NCBI RefSeq assembly: GCF_001194135.2
Contig: NC_068991.1
Coordinates: forward strand, 72,168,400 to 72,232,399
DNA from: Octopus bimaculoides
Taxonomy: Eukaryota
Direction of reading: 5' to 3'
Length of the DNA stretch: 64,000 nucleotides
Shown here: one piece after another, positions 36,816 to 50,942 of the stretch
How positions within the stretch are numbered: position 1 is the first letter of the stretch
Layout of the letters: each line of letters starts with the position of its first letter
Program-made: the position numbers and the translations under genes
Notes under the pieces: generated by a model
Seen by the model: only the letters and a program-made list of their open reading frames with translations
Told to the model about the DNA's origin: nothing
Databases searched by the model: none

Positions 36816-37559
36816 GAGAGGAGTCCAAGATTTCAGGAGCTCTGGTCTGGGAGGATGGTACCTGTCAAGGGTTCTAGTTATGAGTGAAATAACAGAAGAT
36901 GGTCTTTTATCTAGGGTACCCAGGACTTGTTCGTGTGCGAACATGCCCTGATATGCGAATCAGTTACCTTGCCTGAAGATTAAATAGGCCCTATACCACA
37001 GGGATTAGCTCAGAATAGAAAGAGTCTAGCTAAGTAAAGTGTAAATAAGGTGGCAAAAAGTAACAGCAAAATCTGAATATACCAAAGTCTGAACCTTAAT
37101 TCTTTGGTATGAAGGCTAATGACTGCTGACGCCAGTGAAAAGGGTATGGCACAAGAAGAAGGGGGGGGGGGTGAATTCTGAATTCCACCCTTTTCTATAA
37201 ATATTCAGATATCCAGCCATTTCTCAATATGTGGACTCAGGAAACATACCCACAAAGAAAATAACTTCATATTTATACAAACAGTATACTCCCTTTGGCA
37301 TATTCTTAGACGATACCTAATTGACCTGAAGCATTTTAGGTGGTCTGGATGCAACAAATAAGGTGTGTCCTATTGCTAGCCGATGAATTAGCATCGCTTT
37401 GTTTGCAAAAGAGGTGTTTCTTTATGCTCTCTGTCATTAAAAATTAAATAAATGCCAAATATTTAAACGACAGTATGCTGTGTTTATAAATAGTGCAGAA
37501 TACTTGTAAAATAATAATCTTATTTTAAAATGGCAAATATACTTACAGCGAACTTCATA

Positions 37560-37720
37560 TAATCCTTTCTGCTACAGGTAGAAGGTCTGAAATTCTAGAG
37601 GAGGGGGCTGGTCGATTACATCGATTCCAATGCTTGGTTTATTTTATCAAATCCAAAAAGATGAAAGACAAAGCTGATCTTGGCAGAATTTGAACTCAGA
37701 ACGTAAAATCAGGAGAAATG
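37560..37720 (-). mobile_element. SINE family D
   Basis: Match to other D copies. Confidence 0.8.
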
Positions 37721-37724
37721 GAGG

Positions 37725-40600
37725 AACGAGAAAACAGAAGGGATCAAGCGGCAGGAGGCTGACAGAAAGCTATTGTGGATTTTGTTTGTGTCACGCGAAA
37801 TAAATAAATAAATAAATAAGGCAGCTGATTGTTTTATATTTTAAAGTTGTTTCTCTGTTATTGACGCTGGTCGTAGAACGTAGTTTTGTCAACACAAGAT
37901 GGCTGCGTAATGACTTTCGCCAATTCCGTTAAAAACAGAAAACTACGAGTGATGGAGGAAATAGATGCAGATCTGGGAATTAGCACCAGCGTAGAACTGA
38001 AAAGACGAGCCCCAACTGTGTTTTAACACTCGAAGGAAAGGCTCAGGAAGCAGTACTTGAAATAAATATGGTGCCAAAAGATAGATACACTCTTTTTAGA
38101 GGATTCAAATCAGTCGGCGTTTATCGCATAAGAATCGTTCGGGCAGTGATTACGACGGTGTATACCTCGTTCAGTTTGATCGTCTTTGGGATCAAGATTA
38201 TTTTGCCAGAACTCGTACTTGCGTACATGACATTAAAAAGTGCAAATCGATCACCAGAAAATGAGCAGTTAGTAAAAATTACAGTTTTAGTGAGTTGACT
38301 GACACAAACTGTTTCTCAGTAATAATAAGAAAGGAGATGGATGTTGCATATAATAAAAGTTTACAGAAATCCGAAAGTAAGCCGGAAACTTGATATGAAG
38401 AGTGTTATGGTCGCTGTCACGTAGACGTCCCTCTTAATCTCTCAACCAACGAAGTAGAGACAATCGAAATAAAGCGGGACATAATAAAAAGGTAAAACAC
38501 CATGAAGTGCTAAGTAAGTGGCGATACTATCCACTGGGCTATGGATTGTCTATATGCTGGCACCAGAAAAAGGCGTTATAGTCAGATAGATGAATATTAA
38601 TCTGTGACCAACACGATGTTGATGAATCAACAAAAGAAAAAGAGTGACGGTCCTTCAATTTTATATGAGACAGTAAGCTATGTAGTCCCTGGACAGCAAA
38701 GCTTCTGAAACTGTTTGTGGTTCAAAATGGTATGAATGTTTTCTGAAAACATTACCAGATCAAATACAACAGAAGGGAAAGGAAACTAAAAGATGAAAGC
38801 AAATATGTAATGTATGTTATTGAAAAAGGTGAAATATTTTGATTGGATTTTTAACATGGAGTATCTGAATGGCAAGTAAAAGAAAGTGACCAAACAAGAA
38901 ACGCAAAACACAATTCTTCAGATGAGGAAAATATAATTTCTTTCTCATTAAATATTGACTGGGGCACAGCAAAAAAGAGAACTTAAAAGTTGGACTAAAA
39001 ATTAAGTTTATGAGCATGGACCTGACCAAAATCAACCTAAGATATCTATAAGGTGGATTTATACAAATAAAATGTTAAGTAGTAAAACAATTTGCTAAGT
39101 TAGACCTGTAGCAACAGGTTTTCAAAGCAGAGATGCTAGTAACACTGGAAGTGACTCTGCCACATGTTCAAAAGAGAGTCTACATGTAGCATTAGGAATT
39201 ATGGCCTTTCAGTGCTGGATATACAAATGAATGGATATTGAGATTTCTTTTTTGCAAAGCAACTGGACAGATTAATTTGCCTAGAACCTCCTCAAGAAGC
39301 CAGTACACCTCAGGGTTATATACAGAAACTTTTGAAATATGTATATGGCCTGATTGATGCTTCCAGATCCTGGTATCTAACAGTCAAAGAGGAATTCACG
39401 AAGTTAGGAATACTAGCTTCAAAGTATGATCAGGGAATATTTATATGGTATTGTGGAAACAAACTGCATGGTGTTAGTGTTACACATGTGGATGATTTCT
39501 GTTTTACAGGTACAAAGATCTTTCAGAGCCAAGTTATCGATAGGCTTCATAAATTACTAAAAGTTAAGTCTGAAGAAACAGCAGAGTTTCAATATATAGG
39601 ATTAGATATTAAAATGAATGGATAGATTATTAAACTATGTAAAGAAAGTGAAATATATTCCAATAGAAAATAATAGAAATTTAGAAGACAAAATATCAAC
39701 AAGAGAGATTACAGAAGTTTAGATAACTGACAGGTTAACTAAATTGCTTAACCACACACAAACTAGACTAGATTTGAGTTATGATGTTGGTGAGTTAAGT
39801 TCTATTCTAAAACAGGAAAATGTGGAGTCGATTCAACAAATTAACAAAGCAGTGAAGAAAGCAAAGAAGGAAAAATTTCATAAATTATTTCAGGATGAGG
39901 AAATTTTGATTGTTTATAGTTGGAGCCATATAGTGATGTCTCTTTTGTTAATTTGAAAGATGAGGGATCTCAAGGAGGTTATATTTTATTTCTGGTTGTT
40001 GCAATGATAATTTTCATGCCCATCGCTTAGCATTCTAAATATATTAGAAGAGTTGTCATAAGTACTCTAGCTGCAGAAATCTTCGCAATGGTTGACATTG
40101 TATTTTTTAAAGAAAATTTTTATTAAAATTGTTACAGTCATAGAATGAAATTGAAAACATTAAGATAACTTGCAAGACAGACAGTTCTTGCCTCTATGAT
40201 GCAGTAGACTCAACCACTCAAATATAGACAAAAGACTTTGCATAGAGATGGCAAAAAGGAAATTACAAAGATCTCATGGATTCCAACAGATGCAAAATTC
40301 TGACTTCTTGACAAAGAATGGGGTACCATCCTTTAATATTCTTGGGCTTGCATCAGAGCCTAAAGAATCTTCAGTATAATTGTTAAAGCTACATTCTTCC
40401 TTTTTCTTTTGCAGTTGAAAGCCTGATACTGGCATTAAGTCACAACTGCCAGTCACCCATGAAGACGAAAGACAGAAAGGGGTGAAAATAGTGTTAATAG
40501 TATAAGGGAAATGATCCCTCCTGAATTACTGGGGTAACCAGAAGAGGAACTGAAGGGAGCAGCTGGAAGCCGAGAGAAGGATGTCAAGGATTTTGGTTGT
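37725..40600 (+). mobile_element. Decayed Ty1/Copia LTR retrotransposon (GalEa-like), integrase deleted
   Basis: Gag ...ELKRRAPTV..LEGKAQEAVLEI (about 37990-38065); knuckle ..IHWAMDC; protease LDS.ASETVCGSKW (about 38690); RT KYVYGLIDASRSWY...HVDDF...FQYIGL (39332-39625); RNaseH GSQGGYI...IRRVVISTLAAE; PBS-like tggtcgtagaacg at about 37868; weak LTR similarity between 37740-37800 and 40540-40600. Confidence 0.85.
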
Positions 40601-40729
40601 CTTATATGGAGATTGTTCTATGCTTAAAATTTGTTCCTCATTTATTAACACATTTTACTACAGACACAAAGCCTGAAATTTTAGATGAAGCAACCAATCG
40701 ATTACATCAACACCAGCTCTGGGATGATC

Positions 40730-40797
40730 AATGTTTTGTGTGAGTTGATTTGATAGATGGAAACTGAAAGAAACTAATCATGTTTCTATATGAACAT

Positions 40798-40832
<35 letters not shown>

Positions 40833-41040
40833 GTGTCACCATAATGCAAGTGATGTCATTCATTTCCGATCTTCCATGGAAACATATCTGGCCACAGAGA
40901 ATTATGACCTTGCTTGGAAACAGGTGAGAGTTTGCGATGGAAGGGCCATCTGGCCATAAAAAATCTGCCTCAATGAATTCCGTCTGATTCATGCAAGCAT
41001 GGAAAAGTGGACGTTAAAATGGTGATGACAACAATGATGA
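40730..41040 (+). mobile_element. SINE family A2 with RTE-type tail
   Basis: gatggaaactgaaagaa...(GT)n...tgaccttgcttggaaacagg...catgcaagcatggaaaagtggacgttaaa. Confidence 0.75.
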
Positions 41041-41309
41041 TGATGATGGTGGTGGTTGTAGTGGTGGTGGCGGCAGCAGTGACAGTGGCTATGGCAGTGG
41101 TGATGGTTAATACATATATCTAACATTGACCCAAGGCTACCGATTTTGGTTGAGCAGGGGGACACAGTCAATCAAATCTATCCCCAGTACATGACAGGTA
41201 TTTTTATTTCATCCCCTCCACCCTGATTGAGAAGAATTTCTTCCTCAAACTTGCAACTTATCCTGTTTCCCTGTGTTTCTTTACGTTTATTTGCCTGTCT
41301 GTCATGCTT

Positions 41310-41395
41310 TCTCTCTCCCTTTCTCTCACTGTCTCAGTCTCTCCTTTTCTCTCACTGTCTCAGTCTCTCCCTTTCTCTCACTGTCTCTGTCTCTA
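41310..41395. repeat. ~25-bp tandem repeat (tctctcactgtctcagtctctcc) x3
   Basis: Direct. Confidence 0.8.
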
Positions 41396-41956
41396 TCCCC
41401 CTCGCTTTTCCTTGTTTTCATACCTCTATTATTTATTCATAAGTGTATAATCTTTTGTTATAATAATAGCCTAAACAGTTTCCCTCCGCCTAGCATTCTG
41501 TTTATATTTCATGTACGACTATTTCAAAGTTTTCTTTCTCTTGTACTCCCATTCTCTTGTTTCTCTATTTTTGTCCATAGATGCGTATATTTGTATATAA
41601 AAATACATATGCGCATGTGTGTGTTTGTATGTGTGGGTTTGTACTTTTGTTTCTTTCCTTTTGAAAACATTTCAGAGAAGCTAAAATATTCCACTATCAT
41701 ATTTTTCACTTGTTTTAATCTCAAATCCACCTTCCTATTTCTATTTTCGCTATGTCACCCTTTATCTTTTCATGTGTAATACTATATTACATTACACACA
41801 CACATTTAAAATATATTACATACACATACACACACACATGATATTATTAGATAGATACGTGCATGTATGTATTCCTTTATATATATACACACATGCACAC
41901 ACACACTCACACAAACACATATTTATTTGTAAGTGTATATGTGTGTATGCATATAT

Positions 41957-41991
<35 letters not shown>

Positions 41992-42001
41992 NNNNNNNNN
42001 N

Positions 42002-42035
<34 letters not shown>

Positions 42036-42299
42036 ATATATATATATATATTTATATATATGTATGTAGTCACACCCATGGTAGCATAAAAGGCGAACGT
42101 TAAATGATGATGATGTATGTATGTGTGTACATATGTATATATGTACAGACATACACACATGCACACATACGCAGGCACATGCACACACATACACACTCTC
42201 ACACACACATGCATGCACACGCACACACTCACACACACACATGTATATACATAAAAGTCATGTTTTCAACAGCCACCCTTACTCCGGCTATGGTGCTTT

Positions 42300-43060
42300 T
42301 TGCAACTCACTAACATCCACTGCTGATTAGATTACACAGGTAAGAGAAACTATCAACTGCTTTTGGCAAGCTTTCTAGGTATGTGAATGAAATCCTTTCC
42401 TCAGCGCTCCTACAGTTAACTTTTCCTTGTGCTTCTACGACAAATTAACTCCTTCTTCCTTGTTGGCTTGTCAGGCATGCCACTGCACCTATTGTGTACA
42501 AATTGTTTGCATTAGGTACATTCCATTGGATACCATTCATGCCTATTCCTGTTTAGCATATTGAGCGTGGCCATTTCATTGTTGGGGCATTGGTGTTCTG
42601 TTTTTGTTGTTGTTAACCATAAGTTTTGTTCTTGTTTAGTTGATCTTCAGGCCACTTAATTCTATATCCTGCTTCCATTTTAGGAACTTTATCACTAATC
42701 CTTTGACTGACTCAGTGCAAGAATGTCTTCTTCTTTATGTGGAGTATAACCAAGATACATCCGAAAATGCTGAACCAGGAATCCATGCTCCATTAATTTT
42801 GGTAGTTCTTCAGTTTTGTGTTGTATGTCTTTGCCAATAGCATCAATGTATTTGAATGATCTTCATTTTTCTGTTAGCATGCAGAAGTTTCCAAAATGTG
42901 ACATCTGCTAAAGTATGTTATTCAGCATAATAGCAGTAACCAATAAAGCCAATCCTACATTGAGCATAATAGTAAAAAAAAGAGTAGTAAAGATCTTTCC
43001 CAAATCATATAGAATCATGGGGCCGGTTTCCTGGTTTCTATGGTGTATATATTCCTCACC
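42300..43060 (-). mobile_element. Degenerate RTE reverse-transcriptase fragment
   Basis: Minus frame ...KFLKWKQDIELSGLKIN*TRTKLMV... followed by a decayed Cys-rich segment, like the post-YADD region of RTE RTs. Confidence 0.6.
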
Positions 43061-43257
43061 TGGATGGGCCACAAGTTTGTTACAGGATTACTCATTTTAG
43101 CAAGCTGCATGGATTGCAGCAACATGAAATGAAGTGTTTTGCTCAAAAACACAGTACATCACCTGGTCCAGGAATCGAAACCACAATCTTGCATTCATAA
43201 ATCCAACACCCGAACCACTAAGCCATGTGCCTCCACACAATAATAGATGGGTTGAAT

Positions 43258-43590
43258 AATCTTTCCTACTCTAGGCACAAGGCCCGAAAATTTTTTGGGG
43301 AGTGGCTCAGTCGATTAGATCGACCCAGTACACAACTGGTACTTAATTTATTGAACCAGAAAGGATGAAAGGCAAAGTTGACCTCGGTGGAATTTGAACT
43401 CAGAACATAAAGACAGACGAATTACCGCTAAGCATTTCGCCTGGCATGCTAACACTTATGCCAGCTCACCGCCTTACCCAACGAAATATTATTGTATTTT
43501 TTTCTACTCTAGGCACAAGACCTGAAATCTTTGGGGAGAGGGCCATTCGATTAGATTGACCCAGTATGCAACTGGTACTTAATTTAGTAG
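43258..43590 (-). mobile_element. Two tandem SINE D copies (43258-43475 full, 43500-43590 3' part)
   Basis: Match to other D copies. Confidence 0.85.
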
Positions 43591-43782
43591 CTGGAGGAAA
43601 GAGTGAGAGAAAGTTGTGGCAAAAGAGTCAGCAGAAGTACACCATTACCTTCTGCCCAAGCCACATGGAGCGTAAGTGTTTTACTCATAAACACACACAT
43701 ATCGCCCAGGCTGAGATTCGAACCTGTGATCCCTCGACTGCAAGTCTGCTGCTTTAATCACGAGGCCAAGGGCCTCCACTGA
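43590..43782 (-). mobile_element. SINE family C2, 5' half
   Basis: gagtgagagaaagttgtgg...gagattcgaacctgtgatcc...gcctccac matches 48720-48915. Confidence 0.75.
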
Positions 43783-44119
43783 TGCTACACCAATCACAGG
43801 GGTTAACCATCTACTGGCACAATCTGATTGACTACATAAGTAATTCGCATTTGGCTGGATATTTTCTCCACCCTATTGACTATCCCAGTTGGGCTGGCTG
43901 CTTTTCCTGTCCACAATTTTAATAGCCCTCTCTACCACACAACATCTAACCTTAATATCCAACTCCTTCTCATGGGTACGCTTGTGATAACCCTTCTTTT
44001 CCCATACATTATTCTCATTCAGCAACTCTGAACAACCACTTCATAAATCAATGCAATAAAGCCCATTGTGTGAGCTTTTGTCATCAAAGGTATTCATCAC
44101 CAAGTAATCAGCATTTTTT

Positions 44120-44589
44120 TTTTTACCTGTTTCAGCCATTTGGCTGTGGCCATACTGGGGCACCACCTTGAATTTTTAGACGAATGAATCAACCCCAAGA
44201 CTTATTTTTTAAGCCTGATACTTACTCTATCGGTTACTTTTGCTGAACCGCTAAGTTACGGGGATGTAAGCATACCAACACCGGTTGTCAAGTGGTGATG
44301 GGTGGGGGTGGGGTGTGAACACAGACACACAAACACATATATATGTGGTACGTAAAAAGCACCATCTAAACTTGGTCAATGTCAGGTCCGCCTGACTGGC
44401 TCCCGTGCCAGTGGCATGTAAAAAGCACCATTTGAACGTGGTCAATGCCAGTACTTCCTGACTGGCATCCAGCTGTAGAAACATAGCCAGATCAGATTGG
44501 ACCTGGTGCAGCCGCTGGCTCTCCAGACCTCAGTCAAACCATCTAACCCATGCTAGCATGGGGAACAGACATTAAATGATGATGATGAT

Positions 44590-44627
<38 letters not shown>

Positions 44628-44778
44628 TATGTATGATGGGCTTCTTTCAGTTTTCATCTACCAAATCCACTCACAAGACTTTGGTTGGCCCGAGGCTACA
44701 GTAGAAGACACTTGCCCAAGGTGCCACGCAGTGGGACTGAACCCGGAACCATGTGGCAGGGAAGCAAGCTTCTTACCA
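44120..44778 (-). mobile_element. SINE A interrupted by family B (+, about 44345-44590) at its internal microsatellite
   Basis: A tail, then B, then (TA)n, then A core and head. Confidence 0.85.
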
Positions 44779-45202
44779 CACATCATCTCATTAACAGTTA
44801 AAATAAGGGGATAGGGGTTTGGTGTTTATGGCTTTTCCAAGGTCATTGCAGATTAAATCTGGGTGGCAAGCTCTGAGTGTCAAAAGCTAACCAACCATGC
44901 TAAAGGGATTGCCTCACGTATACAGGAAAATATATGCATTCACTTAAACACACACACACATAACAGACATGCACATAACACATCTACTTAAAGCATTTAC
45001 AGGTATGTGAATACGTGCATGGAGATATGCTTGTGTTTGTATGCAAGTGTGTGTTTGTGTATACATATATATATATAGCTATCTGTCCGTCTGTCTGTCT
45101 GCCTATCTATCCATTCGTCCATCCAGGCATCTATCTATCTGTCTATCTATCGATCGATCTAACTATCTATCTATCTATTTATCTATCTATCTATCTGTCT
45201 AT

Positions 45203-45247
<45 letters not shown>

Positions 45248-45250
<3 letters not shown>

Positions 45251-45435
45251 TCATTTAACGTCCGTTGTTCATGCTGGCATGGGTTGGACAGTCTGACTGG
45301 GCTGGCATGCGTTAGAAGGCTGCACCAGACTCGAGTCTGATTTGGAATGGTTTTCTATGGCTGAATGCTCTTCCTAACGCCAATCACTCCGAGAGTGTAA
45401 TGAGTGCTTTTACATGCCATTTGCTTGACACCGTG
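45248..45435 (-). mobile_element. Family B 3' fragment next to (TCTA)n(TA)n
   Basis: Match to other B copies. Confidence 0.8.
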
Positions 45436-46424
45436 GTGTGTTCATGTGTCACCAGCACGATTATATATATATATATATGTTGCCAGGTACCACCCTTTTG
45501 CTTGTATTTCGTTTTATCTGATATATTTGTATAGATACACTAATCTATCTATCTCTTTATTACTCCATATATATTCTCTTTCTCTCTCTTTCTCTGCATA
45601 AACATATCTCTTCATAGCTATGTATATATGTGTGTGTATAAAAGAGTAATATCAATAATATCTTCATAGAATTGTTTAGCTGTCACAGTCACAGTAAGCT
45701 CTACCACCCGGAAGGGCAGCTGGTTGTGAAACAATGCTTCAGTATTATGTCTGTCTGACTCATGCTAGCGTTGACAAAAAGACATAAAAACAAATATGTA
45801 CACATACATATATGCACACACACACATACGAACATGCACACATGCATGCATGTACACACGTGCACACACACACACTCTCACACATGCACACACCACACAC
45901 ACATATTGTGTACCTCTCTGACCCAAACATAGGAAATTAAATCCTCTCTTGTCATACTTGTTCCTCTTCAAACATCTTTATTTACTTCCAGACTTAAAAC
46001 CATTTTCTAAAATAGCTATGAACGTCCCAATGGAATATTTTCTATGTAGTTGTTCACCCTGCTAAAAATGGTAACCAAATCCATTTCAAATTATACCATT
46101 ATACCTTAAAACAAGAAGGACACATTGGACAATGTAGTCTGCTGTTTCACGAAAGAAATACCAAACAAGCATAAGATGACTTGGTCACACCTGAAATGCT
46201 TTTGGTTATCGGCCCGTTCACTCAGAGTTGACATTCCGTCCATCCTATATGTGAGCAGGGAAAAGTGGATGATGCTGATGATGATGATCAACAGTGACTA
46301 TGATGGAGGAGGAGGAGGGCAGTGAATTGGATGCTTTGCAGTATTTTTTCTGGCTCTTTACATTCTGAGTTCAAATATCTCCAGGATCAACTTGGCCCTT
46401 CATCCTTTCAGGTTTGATATTGTT

Positions 46425-46700
46425 GTTGTTGGCACTCCGTCGCTTACGACGTCGAGGGTTCCAGTTGATCCGATCAACGGAACAGCCTACTCGTGAAATT
46501 AACGTGCAAGTGGCTGAGCACTCCACAGACACGTGTACCCTTAACGTAGTTCTCGGGGATATTCAGCGTGACACAGAGTGTGACAAGGCTGACCCTTTGA
46601 ATTACAGGCACAACAGAAACAGGAAGAAAGAGTGAGAGAAAGTTGTGGTGAAAGAGTACAGCAGGGTTCACCATCATCCCCTGCCGAAGCCTCAGGTTTG
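46425..46700 (-). mobile_element. SINE family C2, 3' part
   Basis: Near-identical to 48530-48800. Confidence 0.9.
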
Positions 46701-47113
46701 ATAAAACAAGGTATAAAGTACCAGTTAAATACTGGGGTGTGNNNNNNNNNNNNNNNNNNNNNNNNNNNNNNNNNNNNNNNNNNNNNNNNNNNNNNNNNNN
46801 NNNNNNNNNNNNNNNNNNNNNNNNNNNNNNNNNNNNNNNNNNNNNNNNNNNNNNNNNNNNNNNNNNNNNNNNNNNNNNNNNNNNNNNNNNNNNNNNNNNN
46901 NNNNNNNNNNNNNNNNNNNNNNNNNNNNNNNNNNNNNNNNNNNNNNNNNNNNNNNNNNNNNNNNNNNNNNNNNNNNNNNNNNNNNNNNNNNNNNNNNNNN
47001 NNNNNNNNNNNNNNNNNNNNNNNNNNNNNNNNNNNNNNNNNNNNNNNNNNNNNNNNNNNNNNNNNNNNNNNNNNNNNNNNNNNNNNNNNNNNNNNNNNNN
47101 NNNNNNNNNNNNN

Positions 47114-47156
<43 letters not shown>

Positions 47157-47320
47157 CATATATACGACACCTTCTTTCAGTTTCCGTCTACCAAATCCAC
47201 TCACAAGGCTTCGGTCGGCCCAAGGCTTTAGCAGCAGACCCTTGCCCAAGGTACCACGCTGTGGGACTGAACCCGGAACCTTGTGGTTGGTAAGCAAGCT
47301 ACTTACCACACAGCCACTCA
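47114..47320 (-). mobile_element. SINE A 5' half (remainder in the gap 46742-47113)
   Basis: Head and core match. Confidence 0.85.
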
Positions 47321-47959
47321 TATCATTGACTTCTAATTCCTCAATCATTTCATATCATTTCATTTTTTTTTTCATCTTTATTAGGAAATCTTGATTCTGA
47401 AAATCTAAAAATAACTGTTTACTTATCAGCATTTCTCTGACCTTTTAAGATAGTTCAGAGCCTGGGAAAGCAAAATGACAAAGAAATGGTAAGGTTGCTA
47501 GAATGTTGAATGAAATGACTTGCAGTATATATTCTAGCTCTCTGAATTCTGAGTTCAAATCCTGCCTTTTGCATTCAAAGTCAGCATTGAATCTAATGTA
47601 ACCTAAAAAGGCCATATTAAATAGAATTTTATTTAATATAGAAAATGTCGTCGTCGTTGTCGTCGTCGTTGCCGTTTAATGTCCGCTTTCCATGCTAGCA
47701 TGGGTTGGACAAAATGTAATTATAGTAATTGTGAAAATGTAATTGTAATATTAAACTAAAAAAATCAAAATGTGAACTGAGATTTTAATGACTTTTTAAA
47801 GAATTTCAAAACATTGGAATAAATTTAATATCATGAATACCAGATGTTATATTTGGTAGACTTCCGCACTCTAATAGAGGACAAAAACCAGTCAACCACA
47901 TTGATGTTATTGGCAGAATCACAACATGAAATTGAGGACTTACCAAAGTTAATGAGGAA

Positions 47960-48322
47960 TAGAGATTCCTGGCACTGCCTTGAAGAATTTTTAGTTGAAT
48001 GAATTGACCCTAATACATTTTTTTTAAAGCCTGGTACTTATTCTATTGATCCCTTTTGCCAAACTGTTCGAGTACAGGGATGTAAACACACCAACACCAG
48101 TTTTCAAGCAGCAGTGGGGGACAACACGCACACACACATACACACACACACACACATGACTGGCTTCTTTCAGTTTCTGTCTACCAAATCCACTCAAAAG
48201 TCTTTGGTCAGCCTGAGGTTATAGTAGAAAAGACTTGCCCAAGGTGTCATATAGTGGGACTGAACCCAGAACTGTGTGGTTGGGAAGCAAGCTTCTTACG
48301 ACACAGCCATGCCTGCGCCTAT
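47960..48322 (-). mobile_element. SINE family A
   Basis: Match to other A copies. Confidence 0.85.
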
Positions 48323-48524
48323 AAAAATCTAGATGTTTTTTTAGAAAGTTGCATTTAGGGTCCTCATTGCCCACATGAAGACTTAAGGCTGCAAGTTCCC
48401 TACATCTTTATTATTGTTGCAAAAGGAAGGACATATTTGATAATGTAGTCCTAGTCAGGGCTAGTATTATGTACCAGACAAACTAGATGATCCCCTAGGG
48501 TGTTAAAATCTGGTGAGACACATT

Positions 48525-48915
48525 GTTGTTGTTGGCACTCCGTCGCTTACGACGACAAGGGTTCCAGTTGATCCGATCAACGGAACAGCCTGCTCGAGAA
48601 ATTAACGTGCAAGTGGCTGAGCACTCCACAGACACGTGTACCCTTAACGTAGTTCTCGGGGATATTCAGCGTGACACAGTGTGACAAGGCTGACCCTTTG
48701 AATTACAGGCACAACAGAAACAGGAAGTAAGAGTGAGAGAAAGTTGTGGTGAAAGAGTACAGCAGGGTTTGCCACCATCCCCTGCCGGAGCCTCGTGGAG
48801 CTTTAGGTGTTTTCGCTCAATAAACACTCACAGCGCCTGGTTTGGGAATCAAAACCGCGATCCTATGACCGCGAGTCTGCTGCCCTAACCACTGGGCCAT
48901 TGCGCCTCCACGGTG
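48525..48915 (-). mobile_element. SINE family C2, full length
   Basis: Revcomp head ggaggcgcaatggcccagtggttagggcagcagactcgcggtcataggatcgcggttttgattccc (tRNA-like A/B boxes); (aac)n tail. Confidence 0.9.
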
Positions 48916-50174
48916 AGACATAACACATATTCTAAACAACTTGAAAATTCCATTATCCAACTAAAAGTACAAAGTCTTTGTAATTAAGAAAGAAGGGGAG
49001 GGCCTCCAAGAACAAAGGAGGATTGATGAAGAGGGGTTAGGAATGGAAGATGAGAGGGTCAAATGGGGTTATGGTTTGTCATATGATCTAGCATGAAACA
49101 CTTCAAATTATGTCAGATAACAGATTTACTTGGTGATTTGCATCATCATAAAACCATAGAGAAGGGCTGGGAAAAGGGGCTGCACAATGTAGGACTGACC
49201 TAAAGTGCTAAATATCTAAAATAGTGGGTTATCTAGCTCTAGGGCTGCTGATACCTAGTTGAATATTAGCGACCCTGGTGTTGGATACCCTCCGAAAAGA
49301 TGAAAAGATCACAACTTGAATGCTTTTGAAATCAGGAACTGCTCACTTGGGTTGGGCTAGACCTGGACTAAACAACAACGACAACAACAACCTTTGCTTA
49401 TATTGTTACTACTAGAATAAACTTCTGTAAATTATTTTCTTCTTTTTCTAACTCCATGGAAAGGTCACATGGGGTTTATTAATATAAGCGTTCATTTAAT
49501 CTACAGACCCAGGTATGGGTGTATTAGAGCCATTTAAATGATATTAAATGTATTTTCTATATGTCGGTTAGTCCACCCAAGTATTTTAGTTGTTGTTGTT
49601 GTTGTTGCTGTTGTTTTTTTTATTTATATATTTACTATTTTCTCCCACCAAAAAAAAATTGTTTTGCCAAGTGAAGAGTACAACAAAAACAACAACAACA
49701 ACAACGACAAGAACAATGATAGTAGTTCAATCACCTGCAATTGATGATAAATCTCTTTTTAAATCAGACTAATCAGATAATCCACATTCTTTCTAAACTT
49801 GTATGGAAAACTAGTAATATGGATTAAGCTGTACATTGGTAGCCTGATACGATCAGAATGTTACCTCAAAGACATGTGGTGAAGCATTCACATGTTGCAT
49901 TTAAATTAGGTTTTCAAGTAACACAGAAACAACAAGAGCTATGGGGGTGGGTGTTAGGGTTGGTGGAGGGGAGAGAGCACAGTGGAGGGGAAGACCATTT
50001 TTAAAATTTTTAATTCAGGAATAACCCTAAAATGTCGTTATTTCAAGAAAAAAAAAAGAAATTAGAATAATGCAAAAATTATGTACGATCAAAGGCTGAA
50101 TGAGAAATACCTGTTAATGAAGTTAATTAAAAAATGATTGTGATATTTATGAAGTCATTCGTATTAGATTGCTT

Positions 50175-50380
50175 TCGGCCTGCTGCTGCTGCTACTGCTA
50201 CTGATGCTGCTGCTGCTTCTCCTCCTCACCACCACCACCACCACCACCACCACAATCATTGTTGTCATCATTGTCATCCCCATCATCACCATCATCATCA
50301 TTACCATCATAGTTATTCTCCTCCTTATCATTATCATGATTATTACTGCCATTATGAACATCACTCCCATCACCACCACC
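50175..50380. repeat. Trinucleotide low-complexity field (GCT/CAC/CAT) before the gap 50381-50942
   Basis: Direct; explains the poly-H/poly-A/poly-T pseudo-ORFs. Confidence 0.9.
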
Positions 50381-50942
50381 NNNNNNNNNNNNNNNNNNNN
50401 NNNNNNNNNNNNNNNNNNNNNNNNNNNNNNNNNNNNNNNNNNNNNNNNNNNNNNNNNNNNNNNNNNNNNNNNNNNNNNNNNNNNNNNNNNNNNNNNNNNN
50501 NNNNNNNNNNNNNNNNNNNNNNNNNNNNNNNNNNNNNNNNNNNNNNNNNNNNNNNNNNNNNNNNNNNNNNNNNNNNNNNNNNNNNNNNNNNNNNNNNNNN
50601 NNNNNNNNNNNNNNNNNNNNNNNNNNNNNNNNNNNNNNNNNNNNNNNNNNNNNNNNNNNNNNNNNNNNNNNNNNNNNNNNNNNNNNNNNNNNNNNNNNNN
50701 NNNNNNNNNNNNNNNNNNNNNNNNNNNNNNNNNNNNNNNNNNNNNNNNNNNNNNNNNNNNNNNNNNNNNNNNNNNNNNNNNNNNNNNNNNNNNNNNNNNN
50801 NNNNNNNNNNNNNNNNNNNNNNNNNNNNNNNNNNNNNNNNNNNNNNNNNNNNNNNNNNNNNNNNNNNNNNNNNNNNNNNNNNNNNNNNNNNNNNNNNNNN
50901 NNNNNNNNNNNNNNNNNNNNNNNNNNNNNNNNNNNNNNNNNN

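Noticed and set aside
48850-48915. tRNA-like sequence (also the heads of SINE A, C and D copies)
   Set aside because: These are SINE heads without a complete cloverleaf, continuing into repeat bodies; not tRNA genes.
49227-49238. GGTTATCTAGCT, part of miR-9
   Set aside because: The seed (TCTTTGG) is absent and there is no hairpin.
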